A stretch of 59,646 bases of DNA from Candidatus Parcubacteria bacterium. GTDB taxonomy: Bacteria > Patescibacteriota > Patescibacteriia > CAIXNZ01. Shown here piece by piece: positions 43,081 to 52,173 of the stretch. How positions within the stretch are numbered: position 1 is the first letter of the stretch; each line of letters begins with the position of its first letter. The stretch lies in assembly GCA_026395755.1 (NCBI GenBank), contig JAPLYC010000075.1, positions 1-59,646 on the forward strand. Direction: 5' to 3'. Both the position numbers and the translations under genes were made by a program. The notes under the pieces are model-generated. The model was not told where the DNA came from. It searched no databases and worked only from the letters and a program-made list of their open reading frames with translations.

Positions 43081-43491
43081 ATGTTAATGCCCAAAAAAGT
43101 AAAACATCGCAAATGGCATAAAGGCCGCAAGCGTAATCAAGGAGTTAGTACCACCAGAACCGAACTGAATTTTGGCAGTTATGGCTTAAAAGCCCTGACA
43201 CATGCTTGGATTACTGCCAGGCAGATTGAGGCTACCAGACGGGCATTGACTCATTATTTAAAGCGTGGCGGTAAAATTTGGATTAGAGTATTTCCCGATA
43301 AACCGGTTACTAAAAAGGGTGCAGAGGTGCCAATGGGCGGAGGTAAAGGAGCACCGGATCATTTTGTGGCCGTTATCAAGCCAGGTACTATATTATTCGA
43401 AATGGAAGGTGTCCCCTTGGATAAAGCGCGGGAAGCTATGCGTTTAGCCAGCTTTAAATTACCAGTTAAAACTAAATTTTTAAGCAAATAA
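43081..43491 (+). CDS. rplP: 50S ribosomal protein L16
   Basis: Contains [15 protein letters not shown] and RQIEA.RRA.T......GK.WIR.FPDKP.T.K..E..MG.GKG. Confidence 0.96.
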   Translation: MLMPKKVKHRKWHKGRKRNQGVSTTRTELNFGSYGLKALTHAWITARQIEATRRALTHYLKRGGKIWIRVFPDKPVTKKGAEVPMGGGKGAPDHFVAVIKPGTILFEMEGVPLDKAREAMRLASFKLPVKTKFLSK

Positions 43492-43498
43492 TAATTAT

Positions 43499-43708
43499 AT
43501 GAAAGCTAAAGAAGAATTGAAAGAATTAAAGTTAAAATCAGTCAGCGACTTGCAGAAACTTTTGAATTCCAGCCGGGAAAAATTGCGAGAATTGAGATTT
43601 AAGGTGTCTCAAAGCCAGTTAAAGAATATAAGAGAGGTAAGAATTTATAAGAAAAAGATTGCTAAAATTATTACCTTGATTAATCAAAAGCCGAAAGAAG
43701 CCAAATAA
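43499..43708 (+). CDS. rpmC: 50S ribosomal protein L29
   Basis: 69 aa. Contains ELK.KS...L...L......EL..LRF and sits in the operon position between rplP and rpsQ. Confidence 0.9.
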   Translation: MKAKEELKELKLKSVSDLQKLLNSSREKLRELRFKVSQSQLKNIREVRIYKKKIAKIITLINQKPKEAK

Positions 43709-43759
43709 TTTAACCCGCTAAAAGCGGCAGAGAGTCGCCAGCGGTGATAATAAATAACT

Positions 43760-44017
43760 ATGGAAAGCAATAAATCTAAAAAAAACACAAGAAGATTCCA
43801 GGGGATAGTAGTCAGCGATAAAATGGACAAAACTCGCGTGGTTGTGATTACCAATTTAAAATGGCATCCTAAATATAAAAAGCAGTATAAAGTCAGTAAG
43901 AAATATAAAATTCATGATGAGAAGAATCAGGCCAAAGTTGGCAATGAGGTTATTTTTCAGGAATGCCGGCCATTAAGTAAGGATAAAAGGTGGCGTTTAA
44001 TTAAAATTGTAAAGTAA
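43760..44017 (+). CDS. rpsQ: 30S ribosomal protein S17
   Basis: Contains [12 protein letters not shown].......HP.Y.K......K...HDE.N....G..V.I.E.RPLSK.K.W.L. Confidence 0.93.
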   Translation: MESNKSKKNTRRFQGIVVSDKMDKTRVVVITNLKWHPKYKKQYKVSKKYKIHDEKNQAKVGNEVIFQECRPLSKDKRWRLIKIVK

Positions 44018-44022
44018 AATAT

Positions 44023-44394
44023 ATGGTGCAGCATCGCACAATGTTAAAATTAGCCGATAATACCGGAGCCAAAAAATTGCAGGTAATCAGGGTTTTAGGC
44101 GGTTATAAAAAAAGATATGCTCGCTTAGGAGATATCATTACTGCTACTGTTAAAGAAGCAGTGCCGCATGGTATGGTTAAAAAAAGTGAGATTGTCCATG
44201 CAGTTTTAGTGCGTACCCACAAAGAAGTCAAAAGAAAAGACGGTTCCTATATTCGTTTTGATGATAATGCGGCAGTAATAATCGACATGAAATCTAAGGA
44301 GCCGATCGGCAGCCGTATATTAGGCCCGGTAGCCAGAGAGCTGAGAGCAGGCGGATTTAATAAAATTATTTCTTTAGCTCCAGAAGTTTTATAA
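44023..44394 (+). CDS. rplN: 50S ribosomal protein L14
   Basis: Contains [12 protein letters not shown]...I.VLGG and IRFD.NA.V.I. Confidence 0.96.
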   Translation: MVQHRTMLKLADNTGAKKLQVIRVLGGYKKRYARLGDIITATVKEAVPHGMVKKSEIVHAVLVRTHKEVKRKDGSYIRFDDNAAVIIDMKSKEPIGSRILGPVARELRAGGFNKIISLAPEVL

Positions 44395-44417
44395 ATAATG
44401 ACCAATTGACTATATAT

Positions 44418-44774
44418 ATGATTAAAAATAATATAACCGCCTATGGCGGGAAAATCAGATCAGGCGACAGAGTCAAAGTCCTTGCTGGCAAGGATAAGGG
44501 TAAGAAAGGGAAGGTCTTACAGGTTTTAGGCGAGAAAAATCGGGCTTCTGTGGAAGGTATTAATTTAATGATCAAGCATATGCGCCCCCGAAAACAGGGT
44601 GAAAAAGGACAGAAAATAGAATTTCCGGCTCCACTTAACATTTCTAATTTATTGTTGATTTGTCCCAAATGCAATCGGTCAGTAAGAATAAAATATAAAT
44701 TTTTAGAAAAAACAGGTGATAAAAAAGCTAAAAAAGTTAGAATTTGCGGTAAATGTAAGGAGTTATTAGATTAA
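44418..44774 (+). CDS. rplX: 50S ribosomal protein L24 with C-terminal CxxC...CxxC segment
   Basis: The KOW core is IRSGDRVKVLAGKDKGKKGKVLQV. The C-terminus is ICPKCNRSVRIKYKF.....KKVRICGKCKELLD. The ATG at 44418 is preferred over the listed TTG at 44406. Confidence 0.9.
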   Translation: MIKNNITAYGGKIRSGDRVKVLAGKDKGKKGKVLQVLGEKNRASVEGINLMIKHMRPRKQGEKGQKIEFPAPLNISNLLLICPKCNRSVRIKYKFLEKTGDKKAKKVRICGKCKELLD

Positions 44775-44809
44775 AAGAAAATTAATCTTAGCAATATAAG
44801 CAATTACAT

Positions 44810-45352
44810 ATGAATTTAAAGGAATATTATTTTAAAAAAGCTGTACCCGAATTGAAGAAACAGTTCGGTTACAAAAATGAAATGCAGGTGCCTAAACTGG
44901 AAAAGGTTGTTTTGAATGTGGGTTTAAGCAAGGGATTGAAGGATGCTACATTTATTGATACCGTGGAAAGCACTTTGACCAGAATTACGGGTCAAAAATC
45001 GATTAAAACCAAGGCTAAAAAATCAATTTCCAATTTTAAAATTAGACAGGGTATGATTATTGGCATGAAAGTTACTTTACGAGGTAAAAGAATGTATGAT
45101 TTTGTGGAAAAATTAATTAAAGTAACCTTACCGCGAGTTAGAGATTTCCGCGGCCTGGATCCTAAAGCGCTTGATAACAAGGGTAATTTAAATATTGGCA
45201 TTCAAGAACATATTTCATTCCCAGAAATAAGGTCTGATGAAATTGAAAAAATTCATGGGTTGGAAGTCGCGATTGTTACAACTGCGAAAAAAAGAGATGA
45301 AGCCAAGGCATTGTTATCAGCCTTAGGATTTCCTTTTAAAGAAGATAAATAA
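44810..45352 (+). CDS. rplE: 50S ribosomal protein L5
   Basis: Contains VP.LEKVV.N.G, FR.G...G.KVTLRG..MY.F..KL....LPR.RDFRG and G..E...FPEI. Confidence 0.95.
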   Translation: MNLKEYYFKKAVPELKKQFGYKNEMQVPKLEKVVLNVGLSKGLKDATFIDTVESTLTRITGQKSIKTKAKKSISNFKIRQGMIIGMKVTLRGKRMYDFVEKLIKVTLPRVRDFRGLDPKALDNKGNLNIGIQEHISFPEIRSDEIEKIHGLEVAIVTTAKKRDEAKALLSALGFPFKEDK

Positions 45353-45388
45353 ATAATTTAGTCTATAAATCTTTAATTTATTAGTTAT

Positions 45389-45574
45389 ATGGCAACAGCT
45401 GCTCAAATAGCAAAATCGAAAAGAAAACCGAAATATTCATCCAGAATTGTAAGACGATGCTGGCGCTGTGGTCGTGCTCATGGCTATATGCGAGATTTTC
45501 AGTTATGCCGCATCTGTTTCCGAGAATTGGCAGCCAAAGGCGCTATCCCTGGCGTTAGAAAGAGTAGCTGGTAA
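45389..45574 (+). CDS. rpsN: 30S ribosomal protein S14 type Z (zinc-binding, 61 aa)
   Basis: Contains [34 protein letters not shown]. Confidence 0.93.
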   Translation: MATAAQIAKSKRKPKYSSRIVRRCWRCGRAHGYMRDFQLCRICFRELAAKGAIPGVRKSSW

Positions 45575-45620
45575 TTTTAACTAAATTATTTTGTATAAAT
45601 TTTAAACATTAATTATAAAT

Positions 45621-46016
45621 ATGATCACAGATCCAATTGCCGACATGTTAACAAGAATTCGCAATGCTCAAATGGTTAAAAAGAGTGAGGTTTTGGTACC
45701 ATTTTCCAAGCTCAAGTTTGAAATTGCTAAAATTCTAAAACATGAAAATTATATTGGCGATTTTGAAAAAGCTGAAGAAGCTAAATTTCCGCAAATAAAA
45801 ATTGTCTTGAAATATGATGAAAATAATCAACCAGCCATTCAGACGATTCAACGGGTGAGCCGTCCGGGACAGCGAGTATATATCGGTAAAAATAAAATTG
45901 GAGATATTTTAAATAAGTTCGGTTTTGCAATAATCTCTACCTCAGCCGGCTTGATGACCAGCAAAGAAGCAAAAAGAAAAGGAATTGGCGGGGAAATAAT
46001 TTGTGAAATTTGGTAG
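45621..46016 (+). CDS. rpsH: 30S ribosomal protein S8
   Basis: Contains MITDPIADMLTRIRNA and ISTS.G.MT...A...G.GGE..C..W. Confidence 0.96.
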   Translation: MITDPIADMLTRIRNAQMVKKSEVLVPFSKLKFEIAKILKHENYIGDFEKAEEAKFPQIKIVLKYDENNQPAIQTIQRVSRPGQRVYIGKNKIGDILNKFGFAIISTSAGLMTSKEAKRKGIGGEIICEIW

Positions 46017-46049
46017 TTATAAATAAAGGATTTAAATATTCATTATCAT

Positions 46050-46598
46050 ATGTCTAGAATAGGTAAAAAACCAATAAAAATACCCAACGGAGTTGAAATT
46101 AAAATCGCTGATGATTTAATTACGATTAAAGGGCCAAAAGGTGAATTAACTTTAAAACTTCACCCTTTAGTTAAAGTTGCCAAACAAGAGGATGAAATAT
46201 TGGTAACCGTATCAAATCCCGAAGAAAAAAATGGCAAAGCTTTATGGGGGTTGTTTAATCGTTTGATTAATAATATGGTAATTGGCACGACTAAAGAGTT
46301 TCAAAAAAAATTGGAAGTAATCGGCGTTGGTTTTAAGGTAAACTTGCAGGGACAGAAATTAGTATTAAACGTGGGTTTTTCACATCCGGTAGAATATATT
46401 TTACCCAAAGGGATTGGCGGAACAGTGGAAAAAAATGTTATTACCATAACAGGGATAGATAAACAATTAGTCGGCGAGGTGGCTGCTCAGATTCGCAGAA
46501 TTAAAAAGCCGGAGCCATATAAAGGCAAAGGTATAAGATATATTGATGAAGTAGTTAAGAAAAAAGTTGGTAAAGCAGCGGCTAAAAGCAGCAGCTAA
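46050..46598 (+). CDS. rplF: 50S ribosomal protein L6
   Basis: Contains MSRIGKKPI.IP.GV, GPKGEL and PEPYKGKGIRY. Confidence 0.96.
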   Translation: MSRIGKKPIKIPNGVEIKIADDLITIKGPKGELTLKLHPLVKVAKQEDEILVTVSNPEEKNGKALWGLFNRLINNMVIGTTKEFQKKLEVIGVGFKVNLQGQKLVLNVGFSHPVEYILPKGIGGTVEKNVITITGIDKQLVGEVAAQIRRIKKPEPYKGKGIRYIDEVVKKKVGKAAAKSSS

Positions 46599-46637
46599 AT
46601 TTAGAAAGTAATAATAATAACCATAATTGTAATTACT

Positions 46638-46997
46638 ATGGCAGATAAATTAAAAATTAAGATGAAGCTAAGAGCGGCAAGAAAGGCGAGAATCAGGCAG
46701 CGGATTAAGGGTGATGCTAAATGTCCTCGGTTCAATGTTTATCGTAGTTTGCAGCATATTTACGCTCAGTTGATTGATGATCAATCTGGCAAAACTTTAG
46801 TTTGCGCCAGCGATTTGGAATTAAAGGCCAAAAAAGGTAAAAAACTTGATAAAGCCAAAGAAGTCGGAAAATTAATTGCCCAAAAAGCAGTGGCTAAGAA
46901 AATAAGCCGGGTTGTTTTTGATCGCGGCGGTTTTAAATTCCACGGCAGAGTAAAGGCAGTAGCTGACGGCGCCCGCGAAGGAGGCTTAAAATTTTAA
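46638..46997 (+). CDS. rplR: 50S ribosomal protein L18
   Basis: Contains R.R.R.K, PR..V.RS..HIYAQ.IDD..GKTL..AS and [23 protein letters not shown] (here KFHG). Confidence 0.95.
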   Translation: MADKLKIKMKLRAARKARIRQRIKGDAKCPRFNVYRSLQHIYAQLIDDQSGKTLVCASDLELKAKKGKKLDKAKEVGKLIAQKAVAKKISRVVFDRGGFKFHGRVKAVADGAREGGLKF

Positions 46998-47013
46998 TTT
47001 TAAATTTTTTTAT

Positions 47014-47616
47014 ATGCCTAGAAGAGAAAAAAATCAAAGAGAAGAAAAAGAATTTGAGCAGCAAATCGTTGATTTGGCCAGGGTAACACGTGTTACTTCT
47101 GGTGGCAAAAGAATGAGATTCCGCGCTACTTTGGCAATTGGCGATAAAAAAGGTAGAATCGGCATGGGCGTAGCTAAAGGCGCTGATGTTACTATTGCTG
47201 TAAATAAAGCCTATAATCAGGCCAAAAAGAAATTAATCAGAGTGCCGATTATTAATGAAACAATTCCGCATCAAGTTTTGATTAAGTATAAAGCGGCTAA
47301 AATTTTATTAAAGCCGGCGCCTAAAGGTACTGGTATCAAAGTCGGCGGTGCCGTCCGCATTATTTGCGAATTGGCAGGTCTGGCTAATATCCGAGGCAAA
47401 ATCTTAGGTTCTAATAATAAAATTAACAATTTAAGGGCAGCTTTAATAGCGATGCAAAGCTTCAAAAAATCAGCCAAGTCAGAAAAGGAAACTGCCAATA
47501 AGGAAGAAAAACCAATAGCAGAAGTTAAAATACCTGAGGATAAAAATGTAAATATTGAGGATAAAAAAAGTTTTAAGGATAAAATTAAAAGTTTTATTAA
47601 AAAGGGTGATAAATAA
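47014..47616 (+). CDS. rpsE: 30S ribosomal protein S5 (K/E-rich C-terminal extension of about 40 aa)
   Basis: Contains RV.RV..GGKR..FRA...GD..G..G.G..KA..V..A..KA and KPA..GTG. The tail is KSEKETANKEEKPIAEVKIPEDKN... Confidence 0.94.
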   Translation: MPRREKNQREEKEFEQQIVDLARVTRVTSGGKRMRFRATLAIGDKKGRIGMGVAKGADVTIAVNKAYNQAKKKLIRVPIINETIPHQVLIKYKAAKILLKPAPKGTGIKVGGAVRIICELAGLANIRGKILGSNNKINNLRAALIAMQSFKKSAKSEKETANKEEKPIAEVKIPEDKNVNIEDKKSFKDKIKSFIKKGDK

Positions 47617-47621
47617 ATTAT

Positions 47622-48104
47622 ATGGCTTTAAATTTATACAATTTAAAACCTGCTACTGGCGCTAAAAAAAGAAAAATCAGGGTAGGCCGTGGTCTGTCTT
47701 CGGGTCATGGTACTTATTCTGGTCGCGGCGCCAAAGGTCAGCGGGCCAGAAGTGGTGGTAAAGGCGGTCTTAAAGCATTCGGCTTAAAAGGCATAATTCA
47801 GAGTACTCCTAAATTGGGAGGTTTTAGAAGTTTAAAGCCCAAATTAGAGATTGTAAATTTATCTGATTTAGAACAAAATTTTAAAGATGGTGATATAATT
47901 ACACCGCAAGCATTAAAAGACAAAGGATTAATTGGCGATATCAGATTGGGAGTTAAAATTTTAGGCGATGGTAAATTGACTAAAAAATTAGTAGTTAAAG
48001 TTAACAAAATTTCCGAATCAGGCAAGGTCATGATTGAAAAAAATGGTGGGCAAGTCATTTTGCTTGGAGCTGAAAAATCCAAGCCCCAAAAAGACAATAA
48101 ATAA
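47622..48104 (+). CDS. rplO: 50S ribosomal protein L15
   Basis: Contains L..LKP..GA.K...R.GRG..SG.G.T.GRG.KGQ.ARSG. It starts 5 nt after the rpsE stop, so there is no room for rpmD (L30). Confidence 0.95.
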   Translation: MALNLYNLKPATGAKKRKIRVGRGLSSGHGTYSGRGAKGQRARSGGKGGLKAFGLKGIIQSTPKLGGFRSLKPKLEIVNLSDLEQNFKDGDIITPQALKDKGLIGDIRLGVKILGDGKLTKKLVVKVNKISESGKVMIEKNGGQVILLGAEKSKPQKDNK

Positions 48105-48113
48105 ATTTAAATT

Positions 48114-49388
48114 ATGTTGGAAAGGTTAAACCAAATTTTTAAAATAAGAGATTTGCGCAAAAGCATCTTGTATGTTTTAGCTTTGATTGTAATTTTTCGT
48201 ATCGCAGCGCATATCCCGGTGCCGGGCATTAACCTTCAGAATTTAAAGGAGTTTTTTAATTCCAACCAGATTTTAGGTTTGATTAATGTTTTTTCCGGTG
48301 GCAGCATGAAAAATTTTTCCATTGTAGCAATGGGCGTTTCTCCTTATATTACTGCCTCCATTATTTTTCAGCTGCTGGTAATGATTATCCCTAAATTAGA
48401 ACAGATTTCCAAAGAACCAGGCGGCTATCAAAAAATAAACCAATGGACCAGATGGCTGACGGTGCCTTTGGCGGTTCTGCAGGGCTACGGCATGATTACC
48501 ATGTTGCGTTATCAGTCGTCTTTTAAAATAATAGAAAATTTATCCGTTTTTGATTTAATTGCAACATTAACGACCATAACCGCCGGCACCATTTTTCTGA
48601 TGTGGATCGGAGAATTAATATCCGAACAGCATATTGGCAATGGCATCTCACTTTTAATTTTCGCTGGTATTGTTTCTAGTTTGCCGGGAATAGTGCAAAA
48701 GACATTAGCTGTATTTGATCCGGCTCAAATTATAAATTTGGTAATATTTGCGGCCATTGCCGTTGTCACTATTGTTGGCGTGGTGGTTATTAATGAAGGA
48801 ACTCGCAATGTGCCGGTGTCTTACGCCCGTCACGTCAGAGGTAATCGCATGTATGGAGGTGTCAATACTTATTTACCATTGAAAGTTAATATGGCCGGCG
48901 TTATTCCTATTATTTTTGCTATTTCTTTGATCTTATTCCCGCCCATGATTGCTAATTTCTTTTTACATGCCAAAACCAGATTTTTAGCGCAAGCTTCAGA
49001 ATTTGTGATCGGCGTTTTCCAAAATCATCTGGTTTACGGCATATTATATTTTGTCTTTGTCTTTGCGTTCACTTATTTTTATACGGCAGTAATTTTTCAT
49101 CCCCAGCAAATTGCTGAAAATCTGCAAAAACACGGGGGATTTATTCCCGGTATACGGCCTGGTAAAAACACCGAAGATTATTTAGCCCATGTTACAAACA
49201 GGGTGATTTTTGCAGGAGCTTTGTTTTTAGGTTTAATTGCGGTTATGCCTTTGGTTATTCAGGAATTTACCGGTGGTTTAAATTTGGTAATCGGCGGTAC
49301 CAGCTTACTGATCGTGGTTAGTGTGGTCATTGAAACAGTAAAGCAGGTTGAATCGCAATTAACGGTCAGAGAGTACGAGGGTTTATAA
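48114..49388 (+). CDS. secY: Preprotein translocase subunit SecY
   Basis: 424 aa with 10 TM segments. Contains SGGS....SI.A.G..PYITASII.QLL and sits in the operon position after rplO. Confidence 0.95.
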   Translation: MLERLNQIFKIRDLRKSILYVLALIVIFRIAAHIPVPGINLQNLKEFFNSNQILGLINVFSGGSMKNFSIVAMGVSPYITASIIFQLLVMIIPKLEQISKEPGGYQKINQWTRWLTVPLAVLQGYGMITMLRYQSSFKIIENLSVFDLIATLTTITAGTIFLMWIGELISEQHIGNGISLLIFAGIVSSLPGIVQKTLAVFDPAQIINLVIFAAIAVVTIVGVVVINEGTRNVPVSYARHVRGNRMYGGVNTYLPLKVNMAGVIPIIFAISLILFPPMIANFFLHAKTRFLAQASEFVIGVFQNHLVYGILYFVFVFAFTYFYTAVIFHPQQIAENLQKHGGFIPGIRPGKNTEDYLAHVTNRVIFAGALFLGLIAVMPLVIQEFTGGLNLVIGGTSLLIVVSVVIETVKQVESQLTVREYEGL

Positions 49389-49461
49389 GAGTATTTGCAA
49401 TAGTTGAATATATGTTATAATAAAAAGGGATCAACCCTTTTTATTTTTTAGCTAATTCTAG

Positions 49462-50112
49462 ATGAATTTAATTTTAATCGGACCACAGGGAAGCGGTAAA
49501 GGCACTCAAGCCGAACTGATTGGCAAAAAATTTTCTTTACCGACTCTTTCTGTCGGTCAGCTTTATCGTCAGCAAATTCGTGAGCTTACTAAAATTGGGA
49601 AAAAGGCTCAGGCCTATGTCTTGGCAGGAAAATTAGTGCCTGATAAAATAACCGAAGGTTTATTAAGGCAGGAATTGAACAAAAAGAGATATAAAAAAGG
49701 TGTTATTTTTGACGGTTTTCCCCGTAATTCAGAACAAAATAGATTTTTAGAGAAATTATTAGAGATTGATTATGTTATTTTAATCCATATCAGCCACAAA
49801 GAAATTTTAAAGAGATTGGGTGGCCGTTATGTTTGCGATTGCGGCCAGACTTATAATATAAATTCCGAAAAGTCCGAAAGGCCCAAACATAAGTTGTTTT
49901 GCGATAAATGCGGTCATAAATTAAAACAAAGACCGGATGACAATCCCAAGGCAATTAGGCAAAGATTAAAAATATACGAACAGAATACAATGCCATTATT
50001 TAAGCATTTTAAAAAACAAGGCAAATTAATTACCATTTCCGGCGAACAAAATGTGAATCAGGTTTTTAAAGCGACCTTGCTTGCTTTAAGGCACAAAGGA
50101 ACCAAAGTATGA
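49462..50112 (+). CDS. adk: Adenylate kinase (zinc-lid type)
   Basis: Contains the P-loop GPQGSGKGTQ, the motif DGFPR, and the lid CDCG...CDKCG. Confidence 0.93.
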   Translation: MNLILIGPQGSGKGTQAELIGKKFSLPTLSVGQLYRQQIRELTKIGKKAQAYVLAGKLVPDKITEGLLRQELNKKRYKKGVIFDGFPRNSEQNRFLEKLLEIDYVILIHISHKEILKRLGGRYVCDCGQTYNINSEKSERPKHKLFCDKCGHKLKQRPDDNPKAIRQRLKIYEQNTMPLFKHFKKQGKLITISGEQNVNQVFKATLLALRHKGTKV

Positions 50113-50885
50113 TTTATTTTAAAACTCAAAAAGAAATTGAGGCCATGGAAAAAGGTGGGAAGATATTGGCACAAATTTTACTGCAAGTAGTACAGACCGT
50201 CCATCCGGGCATTGGCACTAAGGAATTGGATGATTTAGCAGAACGTTTGATTTTGCAAAGCGGCGGTCAGCCGTCTTTTAAAAATTATCGACCGTCCAGT
50301 TCTGATCATCCTTTTCCGACTACGCTTTGTACTTCGATCAATGATGAAGTTGTGCATGCGCCGGCAATTCCTAATCGCATTTTAAAAGAAGGTGATATTA
50401 TTGGTTTGGATATTGGCATGCAATATAAAGGCCTTTATACGGATATGGCTGTCACAGTCGGTGTGGGACAAATAAGTAAACAGGCTCAAAGGCTTTTAAA
50501 TGTTACTCAGGAAGCTTTAAATTTAGCGATTGAACAGGTTAAGGAAGGTAATCATTTAAGTGATATTGCAGCCGCGATTCAAACATACGCGGAGAAGAAC
50601 GGATTTGGAGTTGTCAGGGAGCTGGTGGGGCACGGTGTGGGAAAAAAAGTTCATGAAGAACCCAATGTTCCCAATTTTGTTACGGAGGAAAGCAAATTAA
50701 TCCCTATTAAAAGAGGCATGACTTTAGCCCTTGAGCCCATGGTGAATATCGGCGGTTGGCAGATAGCCTTAGCTGATGATAATATGACCTTTGTGACTGC
50801 AGATGGCAGTTTATCCGCTCAGTTTGAACATACTGTGGCAGTTGATCATAATGGGGAAGTCAGAATTATTACTGCATTTGAATAG
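50109..50885 (+). CDS. map: Methionine aminopeptidase type I
   Basis: Contains VHA.P....L..GD....D, GHG.G...HE.P and E.M. An ATGA overlap joins it to adk. Confidence 0.93.
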   Translation: MIYFKTQKEIEAMEKGGKILAQILLQVVQTVHPGIGTKELDDLAERLILQSGGQPSFKNYRPSSSDHPFPTTLCTSINDEVVHAPAIPNRILKEGDIIGLDIGMQYKGLYTDMAVTVGVGQISKQAQRLLNVTQEALNLAIEQVKEGNHLSDIAAAIQTYAEKNGFGVVRELVGHGVGKKVHEEPNVPNFVTEESKLIPIKRGMTLALEPMVNIGGWQIALADDNMTFVTADGSLSAQFEHTVAVDHNGEVRIITAFE

Positions 50886-50893
50886 TTTTTACT

Positions 50894-51619
50894 ATGTGTT
50901 ATCATTTGTCAGTCAATCGCAAGCAAAAAGAATTGGAAAAAAGGTTTGGGGCAGAGTTTTCCAAACCTAATTTATTTTCACCCATTTTTTACGCTAATGG
51001 TTTTGATGCCCCGCGAATTCCGGTTATAACCAATAGCGATCCTTATAAAATCCAAATGCTAACCTGGGGTTTAATCCCGCATTGGACAGCCAATGAAGAT
51101 AAAGCCAAGGAGATTCGGTTCAAGACTTTGAATTCTCGGGCAGAGACTTTATTTAGTAAAGCATCTTTTCGCGAACCGATTAAAAATCAGCGCTGTCTCA
51201 TCCTAACCGATGGATTTTTTGACTGGCGGGAATATAATGGTAAAAAATATCCATATTATGTTTATTTGAAATCTCAAGAACCCTTTGCTTTTGCAGGTAT
51301 CTGGGATGAGTGGTTAAATCCTGATAACAAAAGAAAAATTAAGACCGCTTCCATTATTACTACTGATGCCAATGAGTTAGTTGCTAAGATTCATAATATC
51401 AAACAGCGCATGCCGGTAATTTTAAGTAAGTTTGAGGAAAGAGCTTGGCTTGGAGGTTTGGATGATCAGGAAATAAAGGAAATGCTTGATCCATATCCTG
51501 CCAAAGAAATGTTAGCGCACACAATTTCCAAACTAATCACGGCCAGAGGCATTGAGCGTAATGTGCCAGAGGTTATGGAAAAGTTTGAATATAAGAATTT
51601 AGAGCCAATTAAGATATAA
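50894..51619 (+). CDS. SOS-response-associated peptidase (SRAP / YedK, DUF159)
   Basis: Has the N-terminal catalytic Cys2 (MCYH..) and contains TWGLIPHW, DGFFDW and FAFAGIWD.W. Confidence 0.85.
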   Translation: MCYHLSVNRKQKELEKRFGAEFSKPNLFSPIFYANGFDAPRIPVITNSDPYKIQMLTWGLIPHWTANEDKAKEIRFKTLNSRAETLFSKASFREPIKNQRCLILTDGFFDWREYNGKKYPYYVYLKSQEPFAFAGIWDEWLNPDNKRKIKTASIITTDANELVAKIHNIKQRMPVILSKFEERAWLGGLDDQEIKEMLDPYPAKEMLAHTISKLITARGIERNVPEVMEKFEYKNLEPIKI

Positions 51620-51623
51620 ATAT

Positions 51624-52019
51624 ATGGATAAGTTTTTAGCCATTGATTATGGCGCAAGAAAAATTGGTTTAGCCATTGGAGATACTGAGACAAAAATTGC
51701 CTCTCCTTTTAAGATACTTGAAAATACCCCGCAATTATTAGATGAGCTTAGAGCTATTTGTCAGAGTGAAAAGATAAATATACTTGTTCTTGGTGTCCCC
51801 GTCGGGTTAAAGGGTATTAAGTCAGAGCAATATGAACAAGTAATTGCTTTTAGCAATAAATTGTCCGAATCTCTTGGTCTTGAAATTGTACAGCAAGATG
51901 AAAATTTGACTAGTACTTATGCCCAGAAACTTTTGCAGGGAACAAAGGCGAAAGGGAAAGATGACGCAGTAGCGGCGATGATTGTGCTGCAGAGTTATTT
52001 GGATTCTTTAAATAATTAA
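51624..52019 (+). CDS. ruvX: Holliday-junction resolvase-like RuvX (YqgF)
   Basis: Contains FLAIDYGARKIGLAIGD and DE..TS..A. 131 aa. Confidence 0.88.
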   Translation: MDKFLAIDYGARKIGLAIGDTETKIASPFKILENTPQLLDELRAICQSEKINILVLGVPVGLKGIKSEQYEQVIAFSNKLSESLGLEIVQQDENLTSTYAQKLLQGTKAKGKDDAVAAMIVLQSYLDSLNN

Positions 52020-52053
52020 GGCAGAAGTATGAAGTCCGAAATCCGAAGTTGAT

Positions 52054-52162
52054 GGGCAAAAACGCCTCCTCTTGTCACCCTGAACATCGTCGAACGGGTG
52101 GCGCCGTCGGTGTCTATGGTTCGACTAAGCTCACCATGACACAAGAGGAGGCGTTTTCGCCC
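52054..52162. repeat. 109-nt GC-rich element with terminal inverted repeats of about 24 bp (MITE-like or structured RNA)
   Basis: gggcaaaaacgcctcctcttgtca at 52054-52077 pairs with tgacacaagaggaggcgttttcgccc at 52137-52162. The interior contains caccc..gggtg and ggtg..cacc hairpins. Confidence 0.7.
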
Positions 52163-52173
52163 AAGTAAATTTT

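Noticed and set aside
49389-49461. A promoter-like TTGCAA-N15-(TGT)TATAAT directly after secY.
   Set aside because: The spacer is short at 15 nt. The -10 box abuts the secY terminator hairpin (aaggg-atcaa-ccctt plus a T-run), so any transcript would terminate at once. It is probably a chance match in AT-rich DNA; adk may still have a weak promoter here.
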